A DNA stretch of 64,000 nt, taken from positions 5,472,001 through 5,536,000 of the forward strand of contig OY969763.1 in the NCBI GenBank assembly GCA_963702845.1, given 5' to 3'. The notes beneath the pieces were generated by a model. That model was not told where the DNA came from. It did no database searches and was given only the letters and a program-made list of their open reading frames with translations. The position numbers were made by a program, and so were the translations under genes. Shown here in pieces: positions 42,089-52,348 of the stretch (positions are counted from its first letter, which is position 1; every line of letters begins with the position of its first letter). The stretch is from an uncultured Verrucomicrobiae bacterium (GTDB lineage Bacteria > Verrucomicrobiota > Verrucomicrobiia > Limisphaerales > Palsa-1400).

Positions 42089-42160
42089 AAACAAATTAAG
42101 GATTAAGAATGGAGATTTAAGAAGGAAAATCCGCGTTGCGCGCCGGATACGCGCGGGATG

Positions 42161-43267
42161 TTAATCTGGCTGAATCGGAAGCGTGAATGAAAAAACGGCG
42201 CCGCCTTTGGGCGAGTTGCGGACCGTAATTTTGCCGTGAAATTCTTCAATCGTTTTTTTGGAGATGGTCAGGCCGAGTCCCGTGCCATTCGCTTTTCCAA
42301 AAGTCACGAATGGTTGAAATAGTTTATCGGCGATCTCAGGTGCGATTCCGGTGCCAGTGTCTTCGACTTCGGTCATAACTTCGGCATCGACCGTTTTCAC
42401 CCGCACAAAAATTCGTCCACCTGATCCGGTGGCATCGGCAGCATTGCCGAACAGGTTGTAGAATACCTGGGTCAAACGCAGCGCGTTGATTTGCACCGTC
42501 ACGAATGGAATCGTGCCTTCGACCAGCACCGTCATCTCGCGCAGACCGAGTTCCTGCCGAATGTCCTCTATAATCTGTTTAACAAATTGCGCGTAGTTAA
42601 CGCGACTCAACAGGCACGACGATGTGTTGGATCCCCGAGCATATTCGAGCAATTCGTTGACCATCGTAGTGATGCGCTCGACCTGTTTCGAAATACGCGT
42701 TTTCGACGTGCTACGCGCGTCCTGCGTCGCATTCGGCATCGCGGCTATTTCTGCCGACAAGCTGATGACATGCAGCGGATTTTTGATGTCATGAACGATC
42801 GCGCTGGCAAACCGCCCAACTAAAGCGAGACGTTCAGCATCGAGCACCTCGCGAACGTATTGACGATTGAAATCGCGGAGGCGACCGCTGATTTCGCGGA
42901 CGAGCCCAATCGTCAGTTGCGGTGTGCGATTCATCATCTCGAGCAAGTCAGTGCGTGAAACGAAGTAAACCGTGGTTGTTTCCCCGGCCAACGCCGTGGC
43001 CGAACGAGGATCGCTGTCGACGACGGCCATTTCGCCAAATAACTCACCGGGTCCAAGTTTGGAAATGATTCGCAATTCACCGGAAGATGCCACCACCGCA
43101 ATGTGAACCTCGCCGCCTTTAACAACGTAAATTCCATCACCGGGATTGCCTTGTTTGAAGATGGTTTCGCCCATCCCGTAGGTGCGCTCACGGGTGACTT
43201 GGCGCAAGCTCTCGAGTTCAGCAACGGGTAATTCTCGGAACAGCTTGCAGGACTCAAGCGAAACCAT
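42161..43267 (-). CDS. Cyclic-nucleotide-binding histidine kinase
   Basis: FGEMA...PRSATA cNMP domain; HDIKNPL; GTGLGL. Confidence 0.9.
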   Translation of the reverse strand: MVSLESCKLFRELPVAELESLRQVTRERTYGMGETIFKQGNPGDGIYVVKGGEVHIAVVASSGELRIISKLGPGELFGEMAVVDSDPRSATALAGETTTVYFVSRTDLLEMMNRTPQLTIGLVREISGRLRDFNRQYVREVLDAERLALVGRFASAIVHDIKNPLHVISLSAEIAAMPNATQDARSTSKTRISKQVERITTMVNELLEYARGSNTSSCLLSRVNYAQFVKQIIEDIRQELGLREMTVLVEGTIPFVTVQINALRLTQVFYNLFGNAADATGSGGRIFVRVKTVDAEVMTEVEDTGTGIAPEIADKLFQPFVTFGKANGTGLGLTISKKTIEEFHGKITVRNSPKGGAVFSFTLPIQPD

Positions 43268-43317
43268 GCGACGAATTTATGAGATTACAGAACCGACCGA
43301 AAGCCAAAACGGTTACG

Positions 43318-44361
43318 CTAAGCGGAGCGTCGGATGTTCACCCACGTATGCACGTGGGGCGAACCGCGGAAATACCAGACCATCGCCGGTCCTTCCAATT
43401 GCCACACGTCCCAAACCCCGTCGTTGCCGATATCCATATTCTTATAGAAAGACATGTGCACGTTATCCATGCCGTTTGCCTCAATAAGCTTCATCGCTTC
43501 GTCCGCATCGGTTTTGCGGAACGGCGCGAGTAGATCCGCCATGACTTTTCGCACTTCACCTTTCTGATCGCGCGACAGGGCGCCGATCGGAATACCGGGC
43601 AACTCATTTGTGCCTTTGAGTTTCACGGTTTCGGTGCCGCGCTCGGCGCGTGGATTGCCTAGTAACGCCAATTCGCGTTGTTTCCCGTCGAGCATTTGGA
43701 ACACGTGATTGGCGCGAACGGCTTGATACCAATACACGTTGCCGGGATGCGTCGGCGCCTCGTTAAAACCTTCCGCCGCGTGCCCATAAAAAATCGGCCC
43801 GCCAAACGCCGCCCCTTCCACCGAATCACCATCGCAACGCCGCGTGCAATGCCTGCCCGTCAGCACAAATTCAAATTTCCCCGTTCCGGGTTCACCGAAC
43901 AACGCCACCGAACAGTCCTTGAAAGTTCCAGGTCCGCCGCCGTCGTGCTCCACCTGTGCAAAAACGCGCTTGGCATATTCCGGACTGTGCAGCCCATTGA
44001 AAATCTCGCCGACCATTGCCTGCTGATCGCGATTGAGTAGTTCGCCAATCGTGGTCCGGGTGATATGCCAGTTATTATCCACTTTAGAGCGCAGCGGATG
44101 ATCGAACGGGAATACAATTTTTTTGCTTTGCTCTTCCGTGAGTGATTTGAACAAAGTCGCCGACAGCGTTTCCGATGTTGGCTTGGGTTTGGCGTGAGCT
44201 GCCGTTGCCGCTGCACCACTGGCGAGAGCAGCGGCTCCGATGACGGTCGTTTTGAGGAAGTCACGGCGCGTGATGTGACAATCAGCGCATGTCGAAGAAG
44301 GCCGGGCTGTCATGTGAGTAAGATGCTCCGTACCGCAGCGCACGGCAACATGGTTTTGCAC
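43318..44361 (-). CDS. Tat-exported DUF3500-like protein
   Basis: TRRDFLK Tat motif; GPIFYGH; C-terminal PHVHTW; start uncertain. Confidence 0.7.
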   Translation of the reverse strand: MQNHVAVRCGTEHLTHMTARPSSTCADCHITRRDFLKTTVIGAAALASGAAATAAHAKPKPTSETLSATLFKSLTEEQSKKIVFPFDHPLRSKVDNNWHITRTTIGELLNRDQQAMVGEIFNGLHSPEYAKRVFAQVEHDGGGPGTFKDCSVALFGEPGTGKFEFVLTGRHCTRRCDGDSVEGAAFGGPIFYGHAAEGFNEAPTHPGNVYWYQAVRANHVFQMLDGKQRELALLGNPRAERGTETVKLKGTNELPGIPIGALSRDQKGEVRKVMADLLAPFRKTDADEAMKLIEANGMDNVHMSFYKNMDIGNDGVWDVWQLEGPAMVWYFRGSPHVHTWVNIRRSA

Positions 44362-44375
44362 GGGTTGCCAGAGGT

Positions 44376-44771
44376 CTAAGGCCCGCGCAAATATTGCACC
44401 ACATCCTGCAATTGAGGCGACTTCGCAAAAACCGTGCCTACGCCGAGTTCTGTGACGCGCCGGATGTCTCGTCCGTCATCGGAGGAACTCAACACGATCA
44501 TCTGGATTGTGGAGAATTGCGGACGGTCACGCAGCCATTCCAACACTTCAAACCCGGACTTGATCGGCATTCTCAGGTCCAGCACAAGCACATCGGGAAA
44601 TGGAAAACGCTGTCGGTCACTATACATCCCGGTGCCCAGCAGATACTCCACAACTTGCACACCGTCCCGCACCACGTAGATATCGTACGGCAATGTCGCG
44701 CGACGAAATGCGATCTGGAAGATCAACACGTCATCGGAATTGTCATCGGCCAAAAGGATTGCTTTCCGCAT
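44376..44771 (-). CDS. Single-domain response regulator
   Basis: LLADDNSDD, VLDLRMP, VLSSS. Confidence 0.85.
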   Translation of the reverse strand: MRKAILLADDNSDDVLIFQIAFRRATLPYDIYVVRDGVQVVEYLLGTGMYSDRQRFPFPDVLVLDLRMPIKSGFEVLEWLRDRPQFSTIQMIVLSSSDDGRDIRRVTELGVGTVFAKSPQLQDVVQYLRGP

Positions 44772-44894
44772 AGTCAAAAATCGTTAACTCCTTGTTAACG
44801 ACTCTTGCAGCAGAGGAATAAAATGGCAACGCACGGCGCTTCAAAATGCCCCGTCTCGCCGCCTCAGGCTTTCGCCCATGTGACAGCCGAAGAT

Positions 44895-45884
44895 TTATTT
44901 GACGAGGCCTAACTCCGCCGCCATCGCCTTCTCGTCTTTCAATTCTTTGACAGTCGCGTCGATTTTGCCGCGGCTGAAATCGTTCACCTTCAGGCCTTGG
45001 ACGATTTCCACTTTGCCCGCGATGCTGCGGGTCGGGTAAGAGCAGATAATGCCCGGCTCGATTCCGTAGCTGCCATCGGAAGGAACGCACAAGCTGTTCC
45101 AGTCGCCGGCTGGCGTCGGATGAATGATGGACTTCACTGAATCGATGGCTGCATTCGCCGCGCTGGCTGCGCTGCCTGCGCCACGCGCTTTCAAGACGGC
45201 CGTTCCGCGTTGCGCCACAGTGGTGACGAAATCGTTCTGCAACCAATTTTCATCTTTGATGACATCCATCGCCGGTTTGCCGCCTATCTTCGCATTGTAA
45301 AAGTCCGGGAACATCGTCGGGCTATGATTGCCCCAGATGGCGAGGTTCGACACCGTCGTAATATCCGCGCCGGCTTTCTTGGCCAGCTGCGCCTTGCCGC
45401 GGTTTTCGTCGAGGCGTGTCATGGCAAACCAACGGTCCTGCGAGATTTCCGGTGCGCTGCGCATCGCGATCAAACAATTCGTGTTGCACGGATTGCCGAC
45501 CACCACAATGCGCACATCCTTGGCCGCATGCTTCGCCAAAGCCTGGCCTTGTCCGGTGAAAATTTTGCCGTTAATGCCGAGCAAATCTTTGCGTTCCATT
45601 CCCGGCTTGCGTGAAACGGAACCGATTAACAGCGCCCAACTGATGCCGTTAAAACCTTCTTCCAGTTTCGAAGTTGCGTTGAGGCCTTTGAGCACGGGCG
45701 AAGCGCAGTCCAGTAATTCCATCACCACGCCTTCCATGACGGGTAAGGCTGGTTCGATGTCGACCAGATTAAGAATAATCGGCTGGTCGGTTCCGAACAC
45801 TTCGCCTGAAGCGATTCGAAACAAAATGGAATAACCGATCGCGCCCGCAGCGCCCGTCACAGCAACACGAATAGGACTTTTCAT
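44895..45884 (-). CDS. mdh: Malate dehydrogenase
   Basis: VAVTGAAGAIGY, RKPGMERKDLL, VGNPCNTN, MTRLDENR, WGNHS. Confidence 0.96.
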   Translation of the reverse strand: MKSPIRVAVTGAAGAIGYSILFRIASGEVFGTDQPIILNLVDIEPALPVMEGVVMELLDCASPVLKGLNATSKLEEGFNGISWALLIGSVSRKPGMERKDLLGINGKIFTGQGQALAKHAAKDVRIVVVGNPCNTNCLIAMRSAPEISQDRWFAMTRLDENRGKAQLAKKAGADITTVSNLAIWGNHSPTMFPDFYNAKIGGKPAMDVIKDENWLQNDFVTTVAQRGTAVLKARGAGSAASAANAAIDSVKSIIHPTPAGDWNSLCVPSDGSYGIEPGIICSYPTRSIAGKVEIVQGLKVNDFSRGKIDATVKELKDEKAMAAELGLVK

Positions 45885-46051
45885 AAAGAGTCAAAATAAT
45901 GCTGCTCTCTGTCCCGCACGCAAGCGCAATTCAATCAGTAGTTTCTCTGTTGCTTTGATAAGCATTTTGCACCGCCTTTTTTCCCTGACTCGGAAAACAA
46001 GGTTTTGTCCGTAGTCCCGCTTTGGGGGTGTTCGCTAGGATTCGGCCAACC

Positions 46052-49000
46052 ATGAGTGTTTCGCCCTTAGGGCAAGGTCTGATCACAGCTTGTCTGCTGA
46101 TCGCATCGCCAGTATTCGCGGCAACGACGTATCTGAAAATCGCCGCCACGCAACCGAGTGTATCCGGCCTCGTTTGTGTTCGTGCCATCATTAAACAATC
46201 CGACGGCACTTACGTGTCCGGCGAATGGGGAAGCTCTTCCTGGCCGAGCGTTACGATTCGCGGCAAGGCCATAAATCCGACCAACATTATCGCCGTCCCG
46301 ACTGGCACCACACAGATCACCATTGGCAAAGGCCCCGATTACTTGCCGCAAACGATCACCACAAATCTCTCACAAGCCAATGTGACGAATATTATCAGCG
46401 TCAGTCTCCAGCCTCAACTCGACTTTTATAATCGCGGTTGGCGCGGCGGTGATGCCCATTTGCATTATTATCACGGAGAAAACGAAATCACGCATTCGCC
46501 ACAGGAAGTATTCACCATGTGCGCCGCTGGCGGCATGAACTTCGCCTCACTCGCGGAAGAGCACTACGGCGCCACCACGCTTACCCGGCAGCAAATGCTC
46601 GACACCTGGAAAGTGTTCGACAACTCCGAATGCAAAATATGGGACGGGATTGAAGAACCGAAAAACCAATGGGGCCACCACGTCGCATTTCTCTACGACC
46701 CATGGGCCATCCGCAGCGCCATTCCTTATCCGTGGGGCGTCTACAATGTCCACGAGCAAGGCGGGGTCAGCTATCCGGTCCACCCTGATCGTTTTTACCC
46801 CGCTCGGCTCTACAACGGCCAATATGCTGCCTACCCACTTAACAATCATCTCAAAAGTTTCCCAATCGAAGCCCTCGCCGGCCACTTGCTCGACGCCTTC
46901 AGTGGCGTGTCCGATGAACCCTACAAACCACTCAATCTCACCTCATATGTGAAACTGCTCTCCATGGGCTACAAAATCCCGCTCATGTGCGATTCCGACT
47001 TTTGTTTCGACCGCATCAATAATGGCAACAAAGGCCTTGGTCTCTGGATGAATTATTTTCAGATGGAAGGCAACCCGCTTTCTCGCGCCGCGCTTTGTAA
47101 CGCCATTCGCAAAGGGCGTGTCATGTGTACCACCGGTCCGATGCTCTCCTTTTCGATCGACAACGCCATCAGCGGCGACACGCTTCCCGCTGACGGCGCG
47201 CAACACACGCTTCGGATCGAAGCGAGTTACAAATTCAACCCATGGACCCTCGCCTCAACAACCTTCGACGGGACCGCCCCCTGCCAAATCACGACGATTG
47301 ATCTGATCCGTAACGGCCAAATCATTCGCACGTGGAACATCAACGCTCCGACCACTTTGATTCAGACTCCAATTAGCGAACCAACCAACAACGTTTCCTA
47401 CATGGTCCGCGTCGCCGGCAATGAATCGATTTGGGTGGCCGCATACGCCAGTCCAATTTATTTCGAAAACACCCCACGCCCACGCCAGCCTTCCGTTTTC
47501 AAATCTCTTGTCCAGGGCCGCATCTATGATTCCAAAACCGGCGCAGCTCTCGCGGGGAATGTTTCCTGCGTCCGCTATGGTTTTACAAATTGGACGATCA
47601 ATGTCGGCTCGACCGGTTTGTTCCGTGCTTATGTCCCTATCGACGCCGACCTCGTCGCAACTGACGCCACCGGCCGGTCATTTACGCAAAATATTCACAA
47701 GGTCGAATCAGCCTATTCCTTCTGTCACTATCTTCCCGACAATTATCCCGACGACAAAGGCCCGGCCGTGGACGCGTTCAGTAATCTCGTCCAACAACTC
47801 AATTACGAATTCCCGCTCGGCTTCCAACTCGCCGCGTCCTACGTCCGGACAAATCTGACCAGCGACCTGGCCCTGACAAACGTCTCCATTCTGTCCGCGC
47901 CAACCGCGACTTCCGGCAAAACAACCACTGAAATTGTCATGCTGCTCGTCGACAAAACGCAGGTTCAGCCGGGCGATACCATTAATTACGCCGCCATTTT
48001 CCGCCAACCGAACAACGTCACACCAACCGAACAACTCTCGATCGTCTGGAACGGTTGGAATCCGGCTTATCCGCACATTAATACCAAGTACGAATATTCC
48101 TTCGGCGAAAATTCCGGCACAGCCGGGACAAGTATTGGCAGCGGTTTCTGGATGCGCGCCGGATCGATCGTTGTTCCAAACTGGGTTACCAACGACACCA
48201 CGACGACCGCCGCCATCGACATGTTCGTCCGCGTTATCGGATCTGTTTCTGAATCGGGCCACCTCTTGCTGCGGGTCGGGCCCACCAAACACGAACTCCT
48301 CGTCAGTTCAACTTGCGATGGCTGGCCCTCCACGTGGGGTCAGCTCGGCATTGGTCCGTGCAACTTCTATCGCGATAACGCCAACATCCGTTACGCCAAT
48401 TACCGGTCCATGTCCGTTCGCCTGAACTTCAACGGCCAAAACATCACCATTAGTCCGCTCACCGACACAACGCACGTCGCCGATGCGGATAATGCGATCT
48501 TCTACGAAAATTTTTTCTACGATGGCAACTGCGAGCCACAATACCGCAACATCCCGTTCCGCGATGCCGTCCGCACCCAACCGTCACCGCCGAACTTCAG
48601 TTCAGTTCTCATTCAAGATCCACCCGATACCACGCCACCAAACGTTGTGCTGATGGAGCCGTTCAATGGCGATCAGGTTCAGGGAGCACAACAACGGTTG
48701 TTCTATTTTATCGATGACTTCGGCCTCTCTGGCGTCAGCAATGCAAATGTGATTATTGACGGCGTTGTCCGAATTGCTGGTACCACCAGCAATCCTGTTG
48801 TGGTCAGCCTCACCTCCGGTGCGCACACCTGGCAAATCCGTGGATACGACAAAGCCGGCAACTCGGCCTTAAGCGAAATTCGCGCGATCAATGTGGTAAA
48901 CGGGGCTTCGGCTCCAACGACCCTAAAAAACTCTGCCTTTGTTCCGCCTGGGAAGTTCCGCTTTCAGTTCGATTCCGTGTCAGGCCAAAACTACACCGTC

Positions 49001-49126
49001 CAGTTCAGCACGAATACGATGACGTGGCCTACGCTGCTGCTGACGAATGCGGCGACTTCGAGTATTAACGTGACCGATCAAGTAACCGCAGTGTCACGCA
49101 TTTACCGGGTCCTGAACGGCCCGTGA
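46052..49126 (+). CDS. Secreted CehA/McbA-like (PHP-fold) metallohydrolase with Ig-like and C-terminal tail domains
   Basis: WRGGDAHLH, WGHH, VHP, DSD, GRVMCTTGP, DTTPP Ig module. Confidence 0.7.
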   Translation: MSVSPLGQGLITACLLIASPVFAATTYLKIAATQPSVSGLVCVRAIIKQSDGTYVSGEWGSSSWPSVTIRGKAINPTNIIAVPTGTTQITIGKGPDYLPQTITTNLSQANVTNIISVSLQPQLDFYNRGWRGGDAHLHYYHGENEITHSPQEVFTMCAAGGMNFASLAEEHYGATTLTRQQMLDTWKVFDNSECKIWDGIEEPKNQWGHHVAFLYDPWAIRSAIPYPWGVYNVHEQGGVSYPVHPDRFYPARLYNGQYAAYPLNNHLKSFPIEALAGHLLDAFSGVSDEPYKPLNLTSYVKLLSMGYKIPLMCDSDFCFDRINNGNKGLGLWMNYFQMEGNPLSRAALCNAIRKGRVMCTTGPMLSFSIDNAISGDTLPADGAQHTLRIEASYKFNPWTLASTTFDGTAPCQITTIDLIRNGQIIRTWNINAPTTLIQTPISEPTNNVSYMVRVAGNESIWVAAYASPIYFENTPRPRQPSVFKSLVQGRIYDSKTGAALAGNVSCVRYGFTNWTINVGSTGLFRAYVPIDADLVATDATGRSFTQNIHKVESAYSFCHYLPDNYPDDKGPAVDAFSNLVQQLNYEFPLGFQLAASYVRTNLTSDLALTNVSILSAPTATSGKTTTEIVMLLVDKTQVQPGDTINYAAIFRQPNNVTPTEQLSIVWNGWNPAYPHINTKYEYSFGENSGTAGTSIGSGFWMRAGSIVVPNWVTNDTTTTAAIDMFVRVIGSVSESGHLLLRVGPTKHELLVSSTCDGWPSTWGQLGIGPCNFYRDNANIRYANYRSMSVRLNFNGQNITISPLTDTTHVADADNAIFYENFFYDGNCEPQYRNIPFRDAVRTQPSPPNFSSVLIQDPPDTTPPNVVLMEPFNGDQVQGAQQRLFYFIDDFGLSGVSNANVIIDGVVRIAGTTSNPVVVSLTSGAHTWQIRGYDKAGNSALSEIRAINVVNGASAPTTLKNSAFVPPGKFRFQFDSVSGQNYTVQFSTNTMTWPTLLLTNAATSSINVTDQVTAVSRIYRVLNGP

Positions 49127-49134
49127 GTTTTGTG

Positions 49135-50340
49135 TTAACGAAGAACTGCGCCCGCCCCATCCACAATCTGGCAAACGCGTGGCGTCATCTCGATGCCCGA
49201 TTGCTTCGTGTAATCGCGGGCCATGTCGGCCATGAACGATTCCAAACCCAGTCGCCGCACGAGGTTGATCGTCGCGCCTCCAAATCCACCACCAGTCAAA
49301 CGCGCCCCGAGGGCTGCCGGATGTTTCCGCGCCTGCGCCACTAACAAATCCAACTCCTCCGTGCTATTCTTGAAGGAATCGCGCGAGCTGTCGTGGCTTT
49401 GGAACATGAACTGCCCGAACTGTTCGAAGTCACCATCGTGCAACGCGCGTTCGCCAAAATTCACACGCTGGATTTCTCCGACCACGTGATACGCACATTG
49501 ATACTGCCGTTCCGTCAGCTTCGATTTATTCGCGTTCAGCATCTTTGGATCAACCGCCCGTAAATTTTTCACGCCCATGGCCAAGGCGGCCGCTTCGCAT
49601 TCACGCCGCAGTTCGTTGTATTCGCCGCCGACCAGCGAGTGTTTCACGCCGGAATTACACACCACGATCGCAACGTCCCCAATCATTGGCACCAGTTCAA
49701 CCGTGAGGTTCAGAAAATCAATCAGCATCGCATGCTGCGCTTTCCCGAACAGCGAAGAAATCTGGTCGAGCAACCCTGACTTCACGCCCACAAAATTATT
49801 TTCCGCAGCCTGGCAAACCTTTGCCATCGCCAATCGCTCGTGCCGATTTAGCGTAGGCAGATGATGCTTCGCATCATGCTGGGGCGGTGCCGCCGCGCCG
49901 TTTTCCGAAATGGTGTAAGGATACATTTCCCGCACCATCAGCGCCGTCACGACCTCCAACGCCGCCGAACTGCTCATGCCCGCGCCGATCGGAACGTTTC
50001 CATGAATCGCCGCATTGAAACCGTTGAAGCCAACGCCTCGCTTGCGCAACTCATCCAAAACGCCTTTGACATAATTAGCCCACGGCGCATTTGGGTTGTG
50101 TTCGAGCCGATCGGCCAGAAAAACTTCTTTGTCAGGATACGCCGTCGAAACAAGTTCGATTCGGCCATCTTTGCGGGGCGAAGCGGCGACTTGAATGTAA
50201 CGATCCACCGCCAGCGCCAGAACGACGCCCTGATTGTAGTCAGTGTGGTTTCCTAACAACTCCAGACGACCCGGCGCTTGCACGATGTGCACCGGTGGCG
50301 CGCCGAACTTTTGCTTATAAAAGGATTCAACCTCGAGCAT
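49135..50340 (-). CDS. galK: Galactokinase
   Basis: APGRLELLGNHTDYN, PIGAGMSSSAA, GARLTGGGFGG. Confidence 0.92.
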   Translation of the reverse strand: MLEVESFYKQKFGAPPVHIVQAPGRLELLGNHTDYNQGVVLALAVDRYIQVAASPRKDGRIELVSTAYPDKEVFLADRLEHNPNAPWANYVKGVLDELRKRGVGFNGFNAAIHGNVPIGAGMSSSAALEVVTALMVREMYPYTISENGAAAPPQHDAKHHLPTLNRHERLAMAKVCQAAENNFVGVKSGLLDQISSLFGKAQHAMLIDFLNLTVELVPMIGDVAIVVCNSGVKHSLVGGEYNELRRECEAAALAMGVKNLRAVDPKMLNANKSKLTERQYQCAYHVVGEIQRVNFGERALHDGDFEQFGQFMFQSHDSSRDSFKNSTEELDLLVAQARKHPAALGARLTGGGFGGATINLVRRLGLESFMADMARDYTKQSGIEMTPRVCQIVDGAGAVLR

Positions 50341-50572
50341 GGAACAAGGTACCTGTGCCACACCTTTTCGCACCCGTAAAATCCAATTTTCCTCAATTAA
50401 AGGCGCCGAGGCGTCGCTCTGGCGCGGCCTTCCTCATTCGTCACGCAAACAATAATCGCCGCGATGTTAAGCCAATATGTTTGATTGGCATGAGAACTGT
50501 TAAGAAGGTGTGAAAGTCGCGTTGGCGAAAATTTTCTAGATACGCCGCCGCCGCGACGATAGCCTTAACTTA

Positions 50573-51910
50573 ATGAAAAAGTCCACGTCCCCTACCGCTA
50601 CACGCATGAACCGTCGTCGTTTCCTGGGCCTGGCCGGAGCCGCTGCTGCCGCGCCTATGATCGTTCCCTCGCACGTGCTTGGCCTCGGCAACTGGCCCTC
50701 GCCCAACAGCCGCATCGTCATGGGGGTTGTCGGTTGGGGCATGATGGGCCCGGGCAACACTGAGAATTTCTTGAAGGAAAAGGACTGCCAGATCGTGGCC
50801 GCGTGCGATCTCGATAAAGAAGCCCTCGGCAAAGCCGTCGACAAGGTCAACGGTCACTATAAGAACAAGGACTGCAAGGCTTACCACGATTATCGCGAAA
50901 TGATGGCCCGTCCCGATATCGACGCCGTCATGCTCGCCATTCCCGACCATTGGCATGCGCTTGCCGCCACTGAAGCCTGCCGTCAAAAGAAGGATGTTTA
51001 CGGCGAAAAACCACTCGCCCGCACCATCGTCGAACAACGCGCCATCGTTGACGCCGTCCACCGGAATCATCGCGTTTGGCAAACCGGTTCGTGGCAACGT
51101 TCCACCTCCAATTTTCACAAAGCCGCTGAGATTGTTCGCAGCGGATTCATCGGCAAAGTCAAACGTGTCGAAGTCGGCTTGCCCGATGGCCACGTCGATT
51201 TCAAACACACCAAAGACAAATGCCTGGTCAGCGAACCACCGGCACGCCTTGACTACGATATGTGGGTCGGCCCTTCCCAAATGATTCCTTACATGGAATG
51301 CCGCGTGCACATGAACTGGCGCTGGCACTACAATTTCGGCGGCGGCCAATTACTTGACTGGGTTGGCCACCACCTCGACATCGCCCATTGGGGCCTTGGT
51401 TTCGACAAGATTGGTCCGATGACCGTCGAAGGCACCGGCGAATTTCCGGAACGCAACGCCGTCTGGAACACCGCCACCAAATACCGCGTCGAAATGGAAT
51501 ACCCGCACAACGTCCACATCACGATTGCCGGCGGCCATCCCGATATTAAAAGCGGCACCAAATGGATCGGCACCGACGGTTACGTCTGGGTCGATCGTGG
51601 TGAGAAGCTCGAATGTTCGAATCCAAATTGGAAAGGCGGCGCTGATTTGCCGACGTCCATCTCCCACGTGCACCTTTACAAATCCACCAATCACCAGCGC
51701 AACTTTCTTGACTGCGTTAAATCGCGGAAAGAGACGATCACGCCCGTGGACGTGGCGCACCATTCGGCAATCCCCGGTCATCTTGGCCTCATCTCGATGC
51801 TCGTCAATCGCAAGATCCGGTGGGATTATCAAAGCGAACAAATCATCGACGACGCGGAAGCCAGCAGATATCTCGGCCGCGAATATCGCGCCCCCTGGAA
51901 ACTCGTTTAA
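50573..51910 (+). CDS. Tat-exported Gfo/Idh/MocA oxidoreductase
   Basis: NRRRFL, PDHWHA, YGEKP, DWVGHHLD. Confidence 0.92.
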   Translation: MKKSTSPTATRMNRRRFLGLAGAAAAAPMIVPSHVLGLGNWPSPNSRIVMGVVGWGMMGPGNTENFLKEKDCQIVAACDLDKEALGKAVDKVNGHYKNKDCKAYHDYREMMARPDIDAVMLAIPDHWHALAATEACRQKKDVYGEKPLARTIVEQRAIVDAVHRNHRVWQTGSWQRSTSNFHKAAEIVRSGFIGKVKRVEVGLPDGHVDFKHTKDKCLVSEPPARLDYDMWVGPSQMIPYMECRVHMNWRWHYNFGGGQLLDWVGHHLDIAHWGLGFDKIGPMTVEGTGEFPERNAVWNTATKYRVEMEYPHNVHITIAGGHPDIKSGTKWIGTDGYVWVDRGEKLECSNPNWKGGADLPTSISHVHLYKSTNHQRNFLDCVKSRKETITPVDVAHHSAIPGHLGLISMLVNRKIRWDYQSEQIIDDAEASRYLGREYRAPWKLV

Positions 51911-51930
51911 GTTTTAGTGCAAGTTCCTCG

Positions 51931-51964
51931 AAAGGACCGGCTTTTTGCCGGTCCTTTTTCTTTA
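51931..51964. terminator. Intrinsic terminator, possibly bidirectional
   Basis: AAAGGACCGGC-TTTTT-GCCGGTCCTTTTTCTTT. Confidence 0.85.
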
Positions 51965-52195
51965 TAGCAATACCATCTGCTTCGTCAGCTTATGCCGCTT
52001 TGATGTTTCATCTGCTTAGAACAGCAGAACCAAAAAATATCATCGAAATGTTTCTACTTCTGGCAACTTTCTTCTACTTCCGGCAATTAGTTGCCAAGTG
52101 GAGATAATCTGTAGAAGGAAATGTTTCTACTTTTGTCAAAGAGCGCATCCGGTTTTCTGTTTCCCGAATACCGGTAAGGGCCGGTGGCTGAGGGC

Positions 52196-52223
52196 ATTAT
52201 AACATGAAGCCACGGCGTGTCAA
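52196..52223 (-). promoter_or_regulatory. Consensus sigma70 promoter, leftward
   Basis: Minus strand reads TTGACA-16 nt-TATAAT with TG extended -10. Confidence 0.75.
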
Positions 52224-52348
52224 TGTAGTGTAGTACGCCACTGCGAAGGCGCATTCATCCGAGTCCGTCAGTGGTTAAGGGATCAAGCGACGTTCGGCAC
52301 GTTCGGCCTTTATTTTTGCCCACCAAGACCATACCTTCCATTTCGCGC

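Noticed and set aside
52045..52132. CRISPR array (TTTCTAC repeats reminiscent of type V repeats)
   Set aside because: Only 2-3 short, irregularly spaced repeats and no cas genes in the window; retained only as part of the ncRNA candidate
52204..52348. trp attenuator leader peptide
   Set aside because: The short ORF (MKPRRVNVV) has no Trp codons and no terminator was evident before trpE
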